Shown here piece by piece: positions 1-11,600 of a DNA stretch of 64,000 nucleotides. The notes below the pieces were generated by a model that was given only the letters and a program-made list of their open reading frames with translations, was not told the origin of the DNA and did not search any database. The stretch lies in sequence record OR805292.1; one strand, 5' to 3'. Each line of letters begins with the position of its first letter. Position 1 is the stretch's first letter. The translations under genes were made by a program, and so were the position numbers.

Positions 1-1
1 C

Positions 2-664
2 GAGTCTTTCTAAGAAATCTTTTAGTCCATTTACTTCGAAGCCCCGATCGTGTTGCTCTATATCGCCGGTAACTATCATTTTACAATTCTCACCTATTCT
101 TGAAAAAAGCATTTTAGACATGTTAGGCGTTGTATTCTGTATTTCGTCTGCTAATATAACACAATTTTTAAATGTTCTGCCTCTCATATATGCAAGGGGA
201 GCAATTTCTATAATTTCTTCCATAAGCATTTGTTCTATTTCGACAGGGGAATAATATTCTTTAAACACATCCATTATTGGTATTACCCAAGGAGCCATTT
301 TATCTATTAGCGTGCCTGGCAAAAAACCGTGTTCTTCGTCGACTGATACTGCTGGCCTAGTAATTACAATCTTATCGCATTTACCTTCTTTATATGCTTT
401 AATTGCATACATAGATGCTAGTAATGTTTTTCCAGATCCCGCTGGACCTGTTGCAAATACAATGTGCTGTGTATCGTCTTCTAACGCATCTACATATTCT
501 TCTTGTGCTAAGCTTTTTGGTATTAGCTTAACTTCTTGTTTTCTTTGTATAGATCTTACTTGTTTAGTATTAGTAGACGGCTGAACAACATTGTTAGTTA
601 CTAGATGAAAGGTACTATTAGGACCTTCGCTTGCTCGAGCTTTGCGCTTATCACGTTGTTTCAA
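2..664 (-). CDS. phoH: PhoH-family ATPase (3' end runs off the window)
   Basis: Not in the ORF track. Manual translation from TTG at 664 (GGAG SD upstream) gives IVFATGPAGSGKTLL, KIVITRPAV, GFLPGT, APLAYMRGRTF, ILADEIQN and MIVTGDIEQHDR, all PhoH signature motifs. Confidence 0.93.
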   Translation of the reverse strand, partial: MKQRDKRKARASEGPNSTFHLVTNNVVQPSTNTKQVRSIQRKQEVKLIPKSLAQEEYVDALEDDTQHIVFATGPAGSGKTLLASMYAIKAYKEGKCDKIVITRPAVSVDEEHGFLPGTLIDKMAPWVIPIMDVFKEYYSPVEIEQMLMEEIIEIAPLAYMRGRTFKNCVILADEIQNTTPNMSKMLFSRIGENCKMIVTGDIEQHDRGFEVNGLKDFLERL

Positions 665-734
665 AAGTATGACTCCTGGTTAAAATCTTATTTTTAGTGT
701 GATAATATGTATAAAGACCTAATCTTTACATTGT

Positions 735-740
735 TATTTA
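735..740 (-). promoter_or_regulatory. T4-like late promoter core (TAAATA) upstream of phoH
   Basis: TAAATA on the minus strand in the divergent intergenic region; the motif recurs upstream of many genes in this window. Confidence 0.4.
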
Positions 741-811
741 TGTGTGTTATTATACATTAAGACTTAAGAAAAATCTACATCTAATTTTAAATATTAAGAT
801 TAATGTGTAGA

Positions 812-817
812 TAAATA
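812..817 (+). promoter_or_regulatory. T4-like late promoter core (agaTAAATA)
   Basis: Lies 24 nt upstream of ATG 841. Confidence 0.5.
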
Positions 818-840
818 TAATATATTATTTGGATAGTAAA

Positions 841-1362
841 ATGAACAAACACAATGCAGATACTGCTAGAGAGAATTTAGTTCAAATAGCAGGAAATAAT
901 AAAGTATTAGATATGCTCATAGAATTAGAAAAAACATTAGATAACTGTAATGTTTTTTCTTATGCAAATTGGAATAAAGGAGAATTAGTTGCCGGACCCT
1001 TTATTTCTAGATATTGGGTTACTACTACTTGGATGTACAATGAAAAAGATATGCCGGATCCCGATGCAGGATTGCGTTTACTAAAATACGGTTGCAAAGT
1101 AAAGTACGAAAGGGATGTTTTTTTAGAACCAAAAAAAGTAACAGGCAGACCTGACTACGAAAACCCATCCACTAAGCAAGCAAAAATAGAAGAATTGCCT
1201 ATTTGGTTAGTGACAATAACTATGCCTAGGAAATTTATAGACGAAGCAATAATAGATGGCATGCAGGATTTCTCTAACGTAGATGATATAGATCCTAGTG
1301 CAATAGCCGATGTAGAAGCAGCAGGCGAAAACGGAATAAACGATGTAGATGGAAATCTATAA
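841..1362 (+). CDS. Conserved phage hypothetical protein with acidic C-terminus
   Basis: Track ORF 829-1362 starts at TTG; ATG 841 with a GGA SD is the more likely start. No recognisable catalytic motif. Confidence 0.8.
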   Translation: MNKHNADTARENLVQIAGNNKVLDMLIELEKTLDNCNVFSYANWNKGELVAGPFISRYWVTTTWMYNEKDMPDPDAGLRLLKYGCKVKYERDVFLEPKKVTGRPDYENPSTKQAKIEELPIWLVTITMPRKFIDEAIIDGMQDFSNVDDIDPSAIADVEAAGENGINDVDGNL

Positions 1363-1391
1363 AATTATTCCATATTATAAAGGGGTATATA

Positions 1392-2093
1392 ATGTTAGCT
1401 AGACACTCATTAAAAGGAACCGTATTACCTATAATTTCGGTAGATGAGTATATGCCTAAATCTGGAACACAGGAAGAAGTTATAGTCATTGCATTCTATA
1501 CCATTGACGAAGACCCTGCGTTTGATTTAGACGATTTTATAGAAAAAAGTTTTATAGAAGTATTAGATGTTGATGTAAGTCCCAATCCCGACGAAAACGG
1601 AAATTATTTAGTATTTGTAGAATTAAAAAGAAAAGCAGGCTTTTTTGAAAAATTTTACAAGATTATAAAAGATGTAGAAAATGTTTCTGGAAAGCAAGAC
1701 TGGTTAGTGAAGGCATATCTTTGTAACGAATTACTACCATACAATGACGAAAGACTATTAGATTATATAATATTACTAGATGACGAAGAAGCATCAATAA
1801 CAGAAAGTGTAATATCTATGCTTACTGACAGTGATATATCTTCTGCTCACATCGATGATTCTAGAATATACATATCTAATTCTCATAGAACAGTAAGTTT
1901 TGAGCCATTGTATATAGGCGAAACAGCATTTAATAGTTTAAAACTAAATGAATGTGCTATAGAACTATCTAATGTAGATAGTAATGTTGCTTTATTATCG
2001 GCATTTTTAGGTAAAAAATGGGAAGTATATAAACTAAACGAATATATAATACTTCAACACCAATCTAAGCAACCTATTATAGCCAAATTATAA
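1392..2093 (+). CDS. Phage hypothetical protein (acidic)
   Basis: 233-aa ORF with AGGGG SD, co-oriented, ends at a hairpin. Confidence 0.8.
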   Translation: MLARHSLKGTVLPIISVDEYMPKSGTQEEVIVIAFYTIDEDPAFDLDDFIEKSFIEVLDVDVSPNPDENGNYLVFVELKRKAGFFEKFYKIIKDVENVSGKQDWLVKAYLCNELLPYNDERLLDYIILLDDEEASITESVISMLTDSDISSAHIDDSRIYISNSHRTVSFEPLYIGETAFNSLKLNECAIELSNVDSNVALLSAFLGKKWEVYKLNEYIILQHQSKQPIIAKL

Positions 2094-2097
2094 TCAA

Positions 2098-2124
2098 AAA
2101 GCACTTATTTTCGATAAGTGCTTT
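2098..2124. terminator. Intrinsic terminator-like hairpin
   Basis: aaagcacttat-tttcg-ataagtgcttt, 11-bp stem. Confidence 0.55.
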
Positions 2125-2131
2125 AACTATC

Positions 2132-2821
2132 ATGAAGAATTGGCAAACAATCCTTGGCGTATCTGCTAATCCCACAGAAAAACAGATAAAGACTGCATAC
2201 AGAAAACTTGCATCAAAATATCATCCTGACAGAAATAAAGATAAAGATGCAGAAAACATGTTTAAACAAGTAAGGGAAGCATACGAATATGCAATAAAAT
2301 GGATTTCCATTAAAACAGAACAATACACAGATACAGTATATATTCCATTAAAATACCAAAATAAAGGCGGCAAATTCAAGACAGCTAATCATAAATTTAT
2401 TATAGAAATTCCGCCACATTTCCCTCATAATTCACAAAAAATAATAATAGTAAACAATTCTATATTATTAGTTACTGTAATATTCATACATGATACATTT
2501 TCTATAGCTCAAAATGGCATAGATGTATATGCAACTATTTCTGTAGAAAGTCTCGACATAATTATGGGCACAGAAATAATAGTTGAGCATCCGTACGGAA
2601 ATAAGATAAAAGTAGGTATACCTACATCATTTGTATCTGGATCTAAAATACTAGTGAAGAACAAAGGTATTAAGAATACATATACAGTAAACAATATTTT
2701 AGAAACAATAACTGGTCATTTGTATATAACTGTCAACATGTTCACAAAAGTTCGTTTGACTAAAAGTAGCGATACTAGTATACTACTAACGTACAAAGCA
2801 AAACCATACACAATCTCGTAA
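2132..2821 (+). CDS. dnaJ: DnaJ-family co-chaperone (J domain plus DnaJ C-terminal domain)
   Basis: N-terminal J domain with [17 protein letters not shown] (HPD motif); C-terminal region resembles the DnaJ_C substrate-binding domain; no Zn-finger region. Confidence 0.88.
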   Translation: MKNWQTILGVSANPTEKQIKTAYRKLASKYHPDRNKDKDAENMFKQVREAYEYAIKWISIKTEQYTDTVYIPLKYQNKGGKFKTANHKFIIEIPPHFPHNSQKIIIVNNSILLVTVIFIHDTFSIAQNGIDVYATISVESLDIIMGTEIIVEHPYGNKIKVGIPTSFVSGSKILVKNKGIKNTYTVNNILETITGHLYITVNMFTKVRLTKSSDTSILLTYKAKPYTIS

Positions 2822-2830
2822 GGGGTACAC

Positions 2831-5050
2831 ATGGATAGCCAAAAGAAACTGAATACCGTACTTACTGAAGCCAAAAAACTTGCAGTAAGTCACCAACACG
2901 AAGCCATTACTTCGGATCACGTATTGTATGTTTTATTAGGATACGACGAAGTAAAGGACTGTGTTAAAAACTGCAATGCAGACCCGGATCAATTAACTAA
3001 AGCAGTATCTGATTTCCTTGTTACCCAATTGGGAAAATCCCGACACATAACTGATATGAATATTGATATCAGCCCCTCTCTTAGTCGCTGGTGCCAGCAA
3101 TTGGCAACTAAAATTGCATTAGATCCTAACAAAGCAATGACGTATGTCGATATGCTCGATGCACTCATCAAAGACACCAGTTGCAATGCAAGCCAGCTTC
3201 TCGCGCACTACGGTGTTACTACTGCTGTAGTAACTGAAGCGAAGAAATCTGCAGAAGCAGAATCCCTCATAAAGTCGTTTACTCGCAATCTTAACGACGA
3301 AGTATCTGAGGGCAAAATCGATCCGGTTATCGGCCGGGAAGCTGAATTAGAAGAAGTTATCGAAGCCCTCGCCCGCCGGCGAAAAAACAATTGCATTCTT
3401 ACCGGCAAAGAAGGTGTGGGTAAGACAGCAATTGCCGAAGGGCTGGCGATGAAAATCGTCAATGGCGAGGTGCCCGAAGCAATTGCTGACAAACAAGTTA
3501 TTTCACTCGATATCGGCGCGATGATGGCAGGCACTAAATATCGCGGCGAGTTCGAAGAGCGCATGAAAGCGCTGTTAGACGAACTAAAAGCAATGAAAAA
3601 TGCCATCGTCTTCATCGACGAAATACATATGATCATGGGCGCCGGTGCAAGTAACGGTTCGTCAGTAGACGCTGCTAACCTGCTCAAGCCAGAATTGGCA
3701 AAAGGAACACTTCGTTGCATAGGCGCAACTACTTACGACGAATATAGTACACACTTTGAAAAAGATCGGGCATTAATGCGCCGGTTCCAAAAAGTGGATG
3801 TTCCACCGCCTAGTGTAGGTGACACTAAAAAAATAGTTGCCGGACTAAAGCAATATTACGAAGAGTTCCATGGTGTCAAATACGATGTAGGGACTCTAGA
3901 TCTGGCAGTCGATTTGACTGAACGATACATCAAAACTCGGCACCAGCCCGACAAATCAATCGATGCAATAGACCTGGTCGGCGCCAGAGCTAAATTAGCA
4001 GGGATTTCTACCATTACTGAGCGTATGGTCATAGAGACTGTAGCTAAATTAGCTCATATGCGTCCGGAAATGTTAGATAACACCGAAAACGACACTATTG
4101 CTCGTCTAGAAGGTAATCTCAAACACGATGTGTTTGGGCAAGACGAAGCTATTAACAAGCTCTGCGAAGCAGTGATGGTACACAAAGCAGGACTTCGAGA
4201 TGCCAATAAGCCGATTGGTAACTTCTTGTTAGTAGGTCCGACCGGTACTGGCAAAACGTTCTTGGCAAAAAAACTATCCCAGCACATGGGTATTCCTTTA
4301 GTGCGGTTCGATATGTCTGAATACCAAGAACAGCATAGCGTCGCCCGGCTGCTGGGCGCGCCGCCCGGATATGTAGGGCACGGCGAAGGCGAAGCTGGCG
4401 CTGGGCAGTTAATCTCTGAGATTGAAAAAAATCCCAACTGCATCTTGTTGCTAGACGAAATCGAAAAAGCACACCCGAAGGTATTTAGTACGTTCCTTCA
4501 GGTAATGGATGACGCCCGGCTAACTTCGTCAACTGGCAAAACTGTATTCTTCGGTAACGTTTTGCTACTAATGACATCTAACTCCGGCGCTGCTCAAGCT
4601 GCTAAAGCATCAATCGGATTTGGAAATAATTTTAACGACGGTGCAATAGATAGCGCAGTTACAAAAGGATTTGCGCCTGAATTCCGGAACAGGCTCGACG
4701 GCATTGTTAAGTTCTCGGCGCTCACTATTAACGAAATGTCTAAGATTGTAGACACTGAGTTTGCTAAAGTACAAGCAAGTGTACTAGAAAAAGGCGTATC
4801 GTTGATCCTTACCCAAGAAGCACGTCAAAAATTAGCAACAGATGGATATGATCCTAAGATGGGCGCCCGTCCGCTCGCAAGGCTGTTCCAAGAGAAAGTC
4901 AAGTTGCCGCTGTCAAAGCTGATGCTACTCGGCGATCTTAAAAATGGCGGTCACGCAGAAGTTAGGGTAGTAGCAGACGAAGTTGTAGTTATACAAGCAA
5001 TTGCCCCTGCTACTAAAGCTAAAAAGAAAATAGACCAAACTGTAGTTTAA
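2831..5050 (+). CDS. clpA: ClpA-like Clp/Hsp100 ATPase
   Basis: Clp N domain and two AAA+ modules (GKEGVGKT/IVFIDEIH; GPTGTGKT/LLLDEIEKAH, FDMSEYQE, PEFRNRLD). No ClpB middle domain; IGF ClpP-docking loop present (KASIGFG). Confidence 0.9.
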   Translation: MDSQKKLNTVLTEAKKLAVSHQHEAITSDHVLYVLLGYDEVKDCVKNCNADPDQLTKAVSDFLVTQLGKSRHITDMNIDISPSLSRWCQQLATKIALDPNKAMTYVDMLDALIKDTSCNASQLLAHYGVTTAVVTEAKKSAEAESLIKSFTRNLNDEVSEGKIDPVIGREAELEEVIEALARRRKNNCILTGKEGVGKTAIAEGLAMKIVNGEVPEAIADKQVISLDIGAMMAGTKYRGEFEERMKALLDELKAMKNAIVFIDEIHMIMGAGASNGSSVDAANLLKPELAKGTLRCIGATTYDEYSTHFEKDRALMRRFQKVDVPPPSVGDTKKIVAGLKQYYEEFHGVKYDVGTLDLAVDLTERYIKTRHQPDKSIDAIDLVGARAKLAGISTITERMVIETVAKLAHMRPEMLDNTENDTIARLEGNLKHDVFGQDEAINKLCEAVMVHKAGLRDANKPIGNFLLVGPTGTGKTFLAKKLSQHMGIPLVRFDMSEYQEQHSVARLLGAPPGYVGHGEGEAGAGQLISEIEKNPNCILLLDEIEKAHPKVFSTFLQVMDDARLTSSTGKTVFFGNVLLLMTSNSGAAQAAKASIGFGNNFNDGAIDSAVTKGFAPEFRNRLDGIVKFSALTINEMSKIVDTEFAKVQASVLEKGVSLILTQEARQKLATDGYDPKMGARPLARLFQEKVKLPLSKLMLLGDLKNGGHAEVRVVADEVVVIQAIAPATKAKKKIDQTVV

Positions 5051-5060
5051 CACTACTCCT

Positions 5061-5090
5061 AAAAATAGCCCCAAACGGGGCTATTTTTTT
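5061..5090. terminator. Bidirectional intrinsic terminator
   Basis: aaaaatagcccc-aaac-ggggctattttttt. Confidence 0.85.
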
Positions 5091-5139
5091 GACAACAAAT
5101 TTCAGTAACGTACTAATTCAATACAATTACGTACACTGA

Positions 5140-5145
5140 TAAATA
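5140..5145 (+). promoter_or_regulatory. Late promoter core (tgaTAAATA) of the structural block
   Basis: Between a terminator and the first structural gene, 23 nt upstream of ATG 5168 (GAGG SD). Confidence 0.55.
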
Positions 5146-5167
5146 CTGCATAATAATAGAGGTCAAA

Positions 5168-5602
5168 ATGAGTATTAGAAAATCTGTATTAATGCTGCAA
5201 GGTGCAAGTTTTGACGGAGAAATGAAAATAGTAGGTGAAAGAGTTAGGGCTGACAACTTTTTCGGTTTTACTGACGGAATTCATACAGTATCTATGTCTT
5301 ATTATAATTTTAAAGGATACTTTATGCTTCAAGGAACTCTATCTATGAATCCAGAAGAGTCGGATTGGTTTAATATAGATGTAACTGAACGAAATAGAAG
5401 AACCACTGTTTTACGTTTCCCCGAAGATCCGGCGCATCCAACAGGCGAGAAAAACGGCGATACCGGTACAAAGGCATTTACTTTTATAGGTAATTTTACT
5501 TATCTAAGAGCAGTTGTATCGTGGGAAGGATATATACCGCCGCCTGTGCTTGTAACAAACGAAGATATGGGTAGTGTAGATAAAGTGCTGCTAGCAATGT
5601 AA
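5168..5602 (+). CDS. Putative virion structural protein (beta-rich)
   Basis: 144 aa, first gene after the late promoter, upstream of the fibre genes. Confidence 0.7.
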   Translation: MSIRKSVLMLQGASFDGEMKIVGERVRADNFFGFTDGIHTVSMSYYNFKGYFMLQGTLSMNPEESDWFNIDVTERNRRTTVLRFPEDPAHPTGEKNGDTGTKAFTFIGNFTYLRAVVSWEGYIPPPVLVTNEDMGSVDKVLLAM

Positions 5603-5615
5603 GGTTAAAAAGAAT

Positions 5616-8600
5616 ATGAGTATACAATCAGGTCCTTCTGTATTAAATCAATTTGTTCCAGATTTTCTAATAGATAGTACACCAACTAATGGTCAATTTT
5701 TAGTTTATGACGAAACTGTCCAGGCATTTGTAAATAGCACAAATCCCAGAATCGTATTAGATTCGTCTAATATATTAGACGGTTCTATAACAATTGATAA
5801 ACTTGCAATATCTGGTAATAAAGTACCTGGATACGTACTAACTATAACTTCCGCAGGCGGAATGGCATTTTTACCAGTGCCTGGCAGCGGTGGCCAACTA
5901 CCTAGTCTGGATGAATTACTAGACACAAATATAGTATCTCCTACTGTAACCCAATATCTTAAATGGGACGGTTCTGCATGGGTTAATAGTAATATAACGT
6001 TAAATGATGTATCAGATGTCTCTGTTATCTCCCCTACAGCCGATGATGTATTAGCATGGGAATCAGGTTCTTGGACAAATAAGAAAATAGATTATACATC
6101 ACTAACAAACAAACCAGATTTGAGTGATGTAGTTAGATCTAGCGAATTGTCACCAGTTGCATTCAGTGGTGATTATAATGATTTAGTAAATATTCCTAGT
6201 GCAACTTCTAATACTATAGTTGGATTAACAGATGTTAACGACACTGCACTACCTAACGGATTCTTGCGCTGGAACGCAAGCGGTGATGAGGTAGAATTTA
6301 TTACTTCAATTTCTGCTACTGTAATAACCGGGTTAGCTCCGGTTGCTACTAGTGGAAATTATAATGACTTATTAGGAAAACCTAATTTGTCAGTGTATCC
6401 GCTTAGAACTGAATTTTCTACTGTTGCAACCACCGGTAATTATTCTGATTTGAACAATGTGCCTTTGACATTTGCACCAAGTGCGCATACTCACCCGGCT
6501 GCACAAATCACAGGATTAGCATCTGTAGCTACTAGCAACGATTATAACGATTTAGTTAATAAACCGACTGCAATGGCGCCAACAGCACATACGCATGCTA
6601 TATCTGATATTATAGGATTGCAAAATTCGCTAGATAGTAAGCTGACTGTTAATTTAACTACTAGACTTCCAAAAGATGTTATTTATTTTAACGGCACTTC
6701 GTGGGTAAACAAGCAATTATCTTATACTGATATTTCCGGTACTCCTAACTTAGATAACTATGTTACTGATTCAGAATTATCTACTGTTGCTACAACTGGC
6801 AGATATTCTGATTTAATAAATAAACCCGAGTTAGTAGAAAATTTAAACGACTTATTAGATGTAGATGTTTCTTCTAAACAAACAGGGAACGTATTAACCT
6901 GGAACGGAACAGCATGGGTTGCTAGTGCAATAACACAAGCAAGCATAGATTGGGCTAATATAAGCAATAAACCAAGCGTTTTTAGCCCCGCTGCGCATAC
7001 ACACGACATAGTAGACGTACTAGGCCTGCAAAGTTTACTAGACAGCAAACTTGACGCAAATATTGCATTCGACGGCGATTATAATAGTTTAACAAATAAA
7101 CCGGGGTTAATAGATCTTCAAGATACATTTAGTCCTGCTGTACCTAATGGATTCTTACGGTGGAATAATTTAGGTACCTTAGTTGCATATCAAGATTATA
7201 TATATCCGCAAGATATTTCAGGATTGTCGGACGTTGCTATATCAGGTCAGTATTCGGATTTATTGGGTACCCCTTCCTTATCGACTGTTGCTATAACCGG
7301 GAGTTATAGCGACTTAATTGATGCGCCGCCCGCGTTTGACGGCGATTATGATAGTTTAACAAATAAACCGTTTATTCCTACTAATTTTGATTTTAAATTT
7401 ATAGGTTTAAACGATGTAAGTCCTACTGTTCAGCCCGGCGGCTATTTAAAATGGAACTTAAACGGTTCATTTGTTGTATCGTCAGCAAACATTCCTGCAA
7501 CAGATGTAGCAGGATTATCTGTTGTGTCTACAACCGGACAATATTCGGATTTATTAGGCAAACCGTTATTAGCTACAGTTTCTTCGTCGGGTAGTTATAC
7601 TGATTTAATAAATATTCCTACTGAATTTAATCCAGCCGTACATACCCACAATATAGCAGACATATCCGGATTACAGGCAGCCCTGGACAATAAATTAAAT
7701 ACATCTGATGCATTTAGTGGTGATTATAATGATCTAACTAATGCACCTACTAATAGTTCATATTCATTAGTGGGATTATCAGATACTAATTCTGTACCTG
7801 TTGCAAACGGATTCTTACGCTGGAATGCATCTGGAAGTAGTGTTGAATATATTCAAACAATTCCTGTAAATGCAATAACTGGATTGGCTCCTGTCGCATC
7901 ATCTGGCCAGTATGCAGATTTGCAAGGAACACCGGATTTATCTGACTATGTTTTATCTGTATCATTGGCTGACATAGCTACAACTGGAGAATATTCAGAT
8001 TTAATAAATGCACCTGATTTAAGTGTGTATGCTAATAAAACTGATCTGTCAGATGTAGCTACAACAGGACAATATTCGGATTTATTGGGTATTCCTACAC
8101 AATTTACACCGACAGTTCATGTCCATAACGTTTCTCAAATAAGTGGATTAGCTACTGTTGCTACTAGCGGAAGTTATAATGATTTATCTAATAAACCGTC
8201 GTTTGCTAATGTTGCAACTACAGGCAGCTATGATGATTTAAACAATAAACCATCCATACCTACTAATGGCAGTTTTAGTTTACTTGGGTTAAATGATACA
8301 AATAATACGCCAGTTGCAGATGGTATATTGCGTTGGAATTCCAGTGCAAATCAGGTAATATATGCAAATACAATCGATGCACAATCTGTTTCTGGATTAG
8401 CTACTGTTGCGACTATAGGTAAACTATCTTCACTAAGTGATGTAGATTTAATAGGTTTGAATCAGAATGAAATATTGCAATGGAACGGTTCTGCATGGGT
8501 ACCTGTACCTTACAATCCTAATCAAATACAAGCCTACATAGAGAGCGGAAATACAAAAGTTTCTACTAACGATATTTTAGATAGCATTGTTCTAACAGCA

Positions 8601-11600
8601 GGACCTACTACCGGAAATATAATATTCGAGTTAGGAAATACAAATAGCTCAATTATTCTAAATCCAGTTGCTAATAACGTAGATGCTCTTATTTCTTCTA
8701 CTTCTAGAATAAAATTAGATTCATCTACTGGCATATCATTAGGTAATATAAGTTATCCAATGACTGACGGTACAGTTGGGCAAGCAGTAGTTACAAATGG
8801 AGCTGGCCAACTATCGTTTGAAACGGTAGTTAAACCCTCTCAATTGGCTACAGTTGCTACTAGTGGAAATTATAATGACTTAACTAATAAACCTACATTA
8901 GTAACTGAACTAAACGGACTTGCTGACGTTCGTATGCGTGATACTAATGGAAATTATTTAGCACAACCAGAGGATGTGTTAACATATTCTAACGGAATAT
9001 GGCAAGCACGACCGAACACTAGTTCTTCTTTTATAGGTTTAAGCGATACCCAAAATATAACATTGCCGGAAGATAGGGCTAATGCATACCTACGTTGGGA
9101 TACTACCGGAAATCTAATTATATACGAAGATAGTATTTCTGCAAGCGTAATTGCCGGATTAGCAGAAGTAGCAACCACAGGAGATTTGCACGATTTAATA
9201 AATGTAAATGTAAATTTACCTGATATGAACAATCCAGCCACACAAGCTGTTTGGGGTTTAATATGGGATCGTCAGAATCAACGTTGGATAAATTACAATT
9301 TACGTAATATAGCAGGTTCAGGTGGATCTACAGTAGTAGCATTAAATGACTTAACTGATGTTACTCTTACTTTCCCTGTAGTTGACGGTAATGTTCTTAG
9401 AGCAACTGTGCAGCCAGACAATAGTATTGTTTGGCAGAACAAACAACTATCTTATAGTGACTTAACTGGAACTATAAGTATGAGTCTGTTGCAATTAACT
9501 GATACTAGTTCATCTGCTGTACCTAATGGATTCTTACGGTGGGATTCATCGGGTAACACAGTTCAGTATATTACTACAATAAGTACAAATGATATATCTG
9601 GGTTAGCTCCGGTTGCTACTAGTGGAAATTATAATGACTTATCTAATACGCCTGCTATACCGGCATCAATTAACGATTTAGCAGACGTTAATACAGTTAG
9701 TCCTGTTCCTACAAACGGATATGTATTAACATGGGATAGTAGTTCGAATAATTGGATTGCAAAAGAACCTGCAACTAGCCCATCTGGTAGCACAGCCCTC
9801 GCCGATCTAACAGATGTATCTCTATCTGATCTAACTGCTAGTGATGTTTTAAAATACAACGGCACTACATGGGTAAACGAACCAGTTACGTATTCTGAAT
9901 TAACAGATTTACCTACATTTGCGTTAGTTGCATTCAGTGGTGATTATAATGATTTAACTAATAAGCCATCGGGATCTACTACATCTATACTAGATCTAAC
10001 TGACACTGCAGATACTGCACTACCTAACGGATTCTTGCGCTGGAACGCAAGCGGTGATGAGGTTTTATATCAATCATCTATTAATGTTTCTGATATAATA
10101 GGATTATCTAGTGTAGCTATAAGTGGTGATTTTAACGATTTATCCAATAAACCGGAAAATAATTCGTATTATTTTAGAAAGTTAGCTGACGCAGGAAATC
10201 CGCAGCCTAATACATTTATAAAATATCCTGCGTTTACTATTCCGCCTGGTAGTGATATAGACGATGTTAATCCTATACTCGAATATGTAAGTAGCATAAA
10301 TGCACTAACCGACATAGATAACCTAGCTCCGGTTGCTACTAACGGAATACTAGGAAGTTTAGTAGACGTAAATCTAAATTCAGTAGAAGATGGACAAGTT
10401 CTTACTTATGATGCTGTAACAAATAGCTGGATAAACAAAAATAGCTCAGGATCACCGGTAGTAACTTCGTGGACAAAGATAAATGGCAACTATACTGTAA
10501 CTGGCTCAGAATATTTATTGGTAGATACAACTTCTGCTAGTGTAACAATTACTCTGCCTGTTGCCCCTACTGAAAATATGGTAATTCGTATTGCTGATTG
10601 GAAAGGTACATTTAGAACAAATAGTTGCGTAGTGAATACTAATGGCATGCCTTTAATGGGCGCCAGCATGGATAACACACTAACTATTCAGAACCAAAAT
10701 GCAAGTATAGAGTTAACATTTGTAGACACAACGTACGGTTGGAAAATAACAGATGGTATAGGTGAGATATCTAAACAAAACATTCCAGTTACGAATTGGC
10801 GTACTGTAGATTCATCTAGCACTCCTGCTATGCTAATAGCTCAACCGGGCGAAGCAATTTATGTTAATACCAACAATGGTGCCGTAACTGTTAAATTACC
10901 GACAGGAGCAAGTGTTAACGCTGTTGTTAGAATAGCTGACTTGTTAGGTACTTACGATAAAGCAAGTTGCTTTGTAGATGGCAACGGCAACCCAATAATG
11001 GGTAAAAACGAAATACTAGAAATTGCAAACGAAAATGCTTCTATAGAATTTACATACGTCGATTCAGTAGTAGGCTGGAAAGTAACAGACGGCATAGGTG
11101 AATTAGGTAGAAAAACTGATATTGCATCTGATTCGGATATAATAGTTTATGTAGCTACAGATGGTAATGACACTACAGGAAGTGGAACCGAAGAATCTCC
11201 ATTTGCTACATTAAATGCTGCTTTCCTTAGTCTAGATGGCAAATTTGTAAATAGTTCTGCAGAAATTATAGTTCGTGTTGCAGAAGGTGTCTACGAACCT
11301 ACCAATCCCATTGCGTTTAGTCACATTCAAGGGATGAATGTAAAACTTATAGGCGAATTGCCCCAGGCAAGTAGTTCATTTACTGTTACTAATATAACCA
11401 ATGATTCGGGATTGGCAAAAGTAACAATGCAACTTTCTTCTGTTAGTGATTACGAAGTAGGGGACATTATAAAGATTACGTCAGCAGCAACTATGTTAGA
11501 ATGTGTTGAAATTATAACAGCAATAAACACAGGATCTAATACTTTAGAGATAGTAATTCCTAATAGTGTATTAGCTGATGTATCTGACTATACTGGGTAC

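Noticed and set aside
312-584. 90-aa plus-strand ORF
   Set aside because: Antisense shadow of phoH, which has clear motifs on the minus strand.
3208-4472. Minus-strand ORFs of 170, 129 and 106 aa
   Set aside because: Antisense shadows of GC-rich clpA; no SD or motifs.
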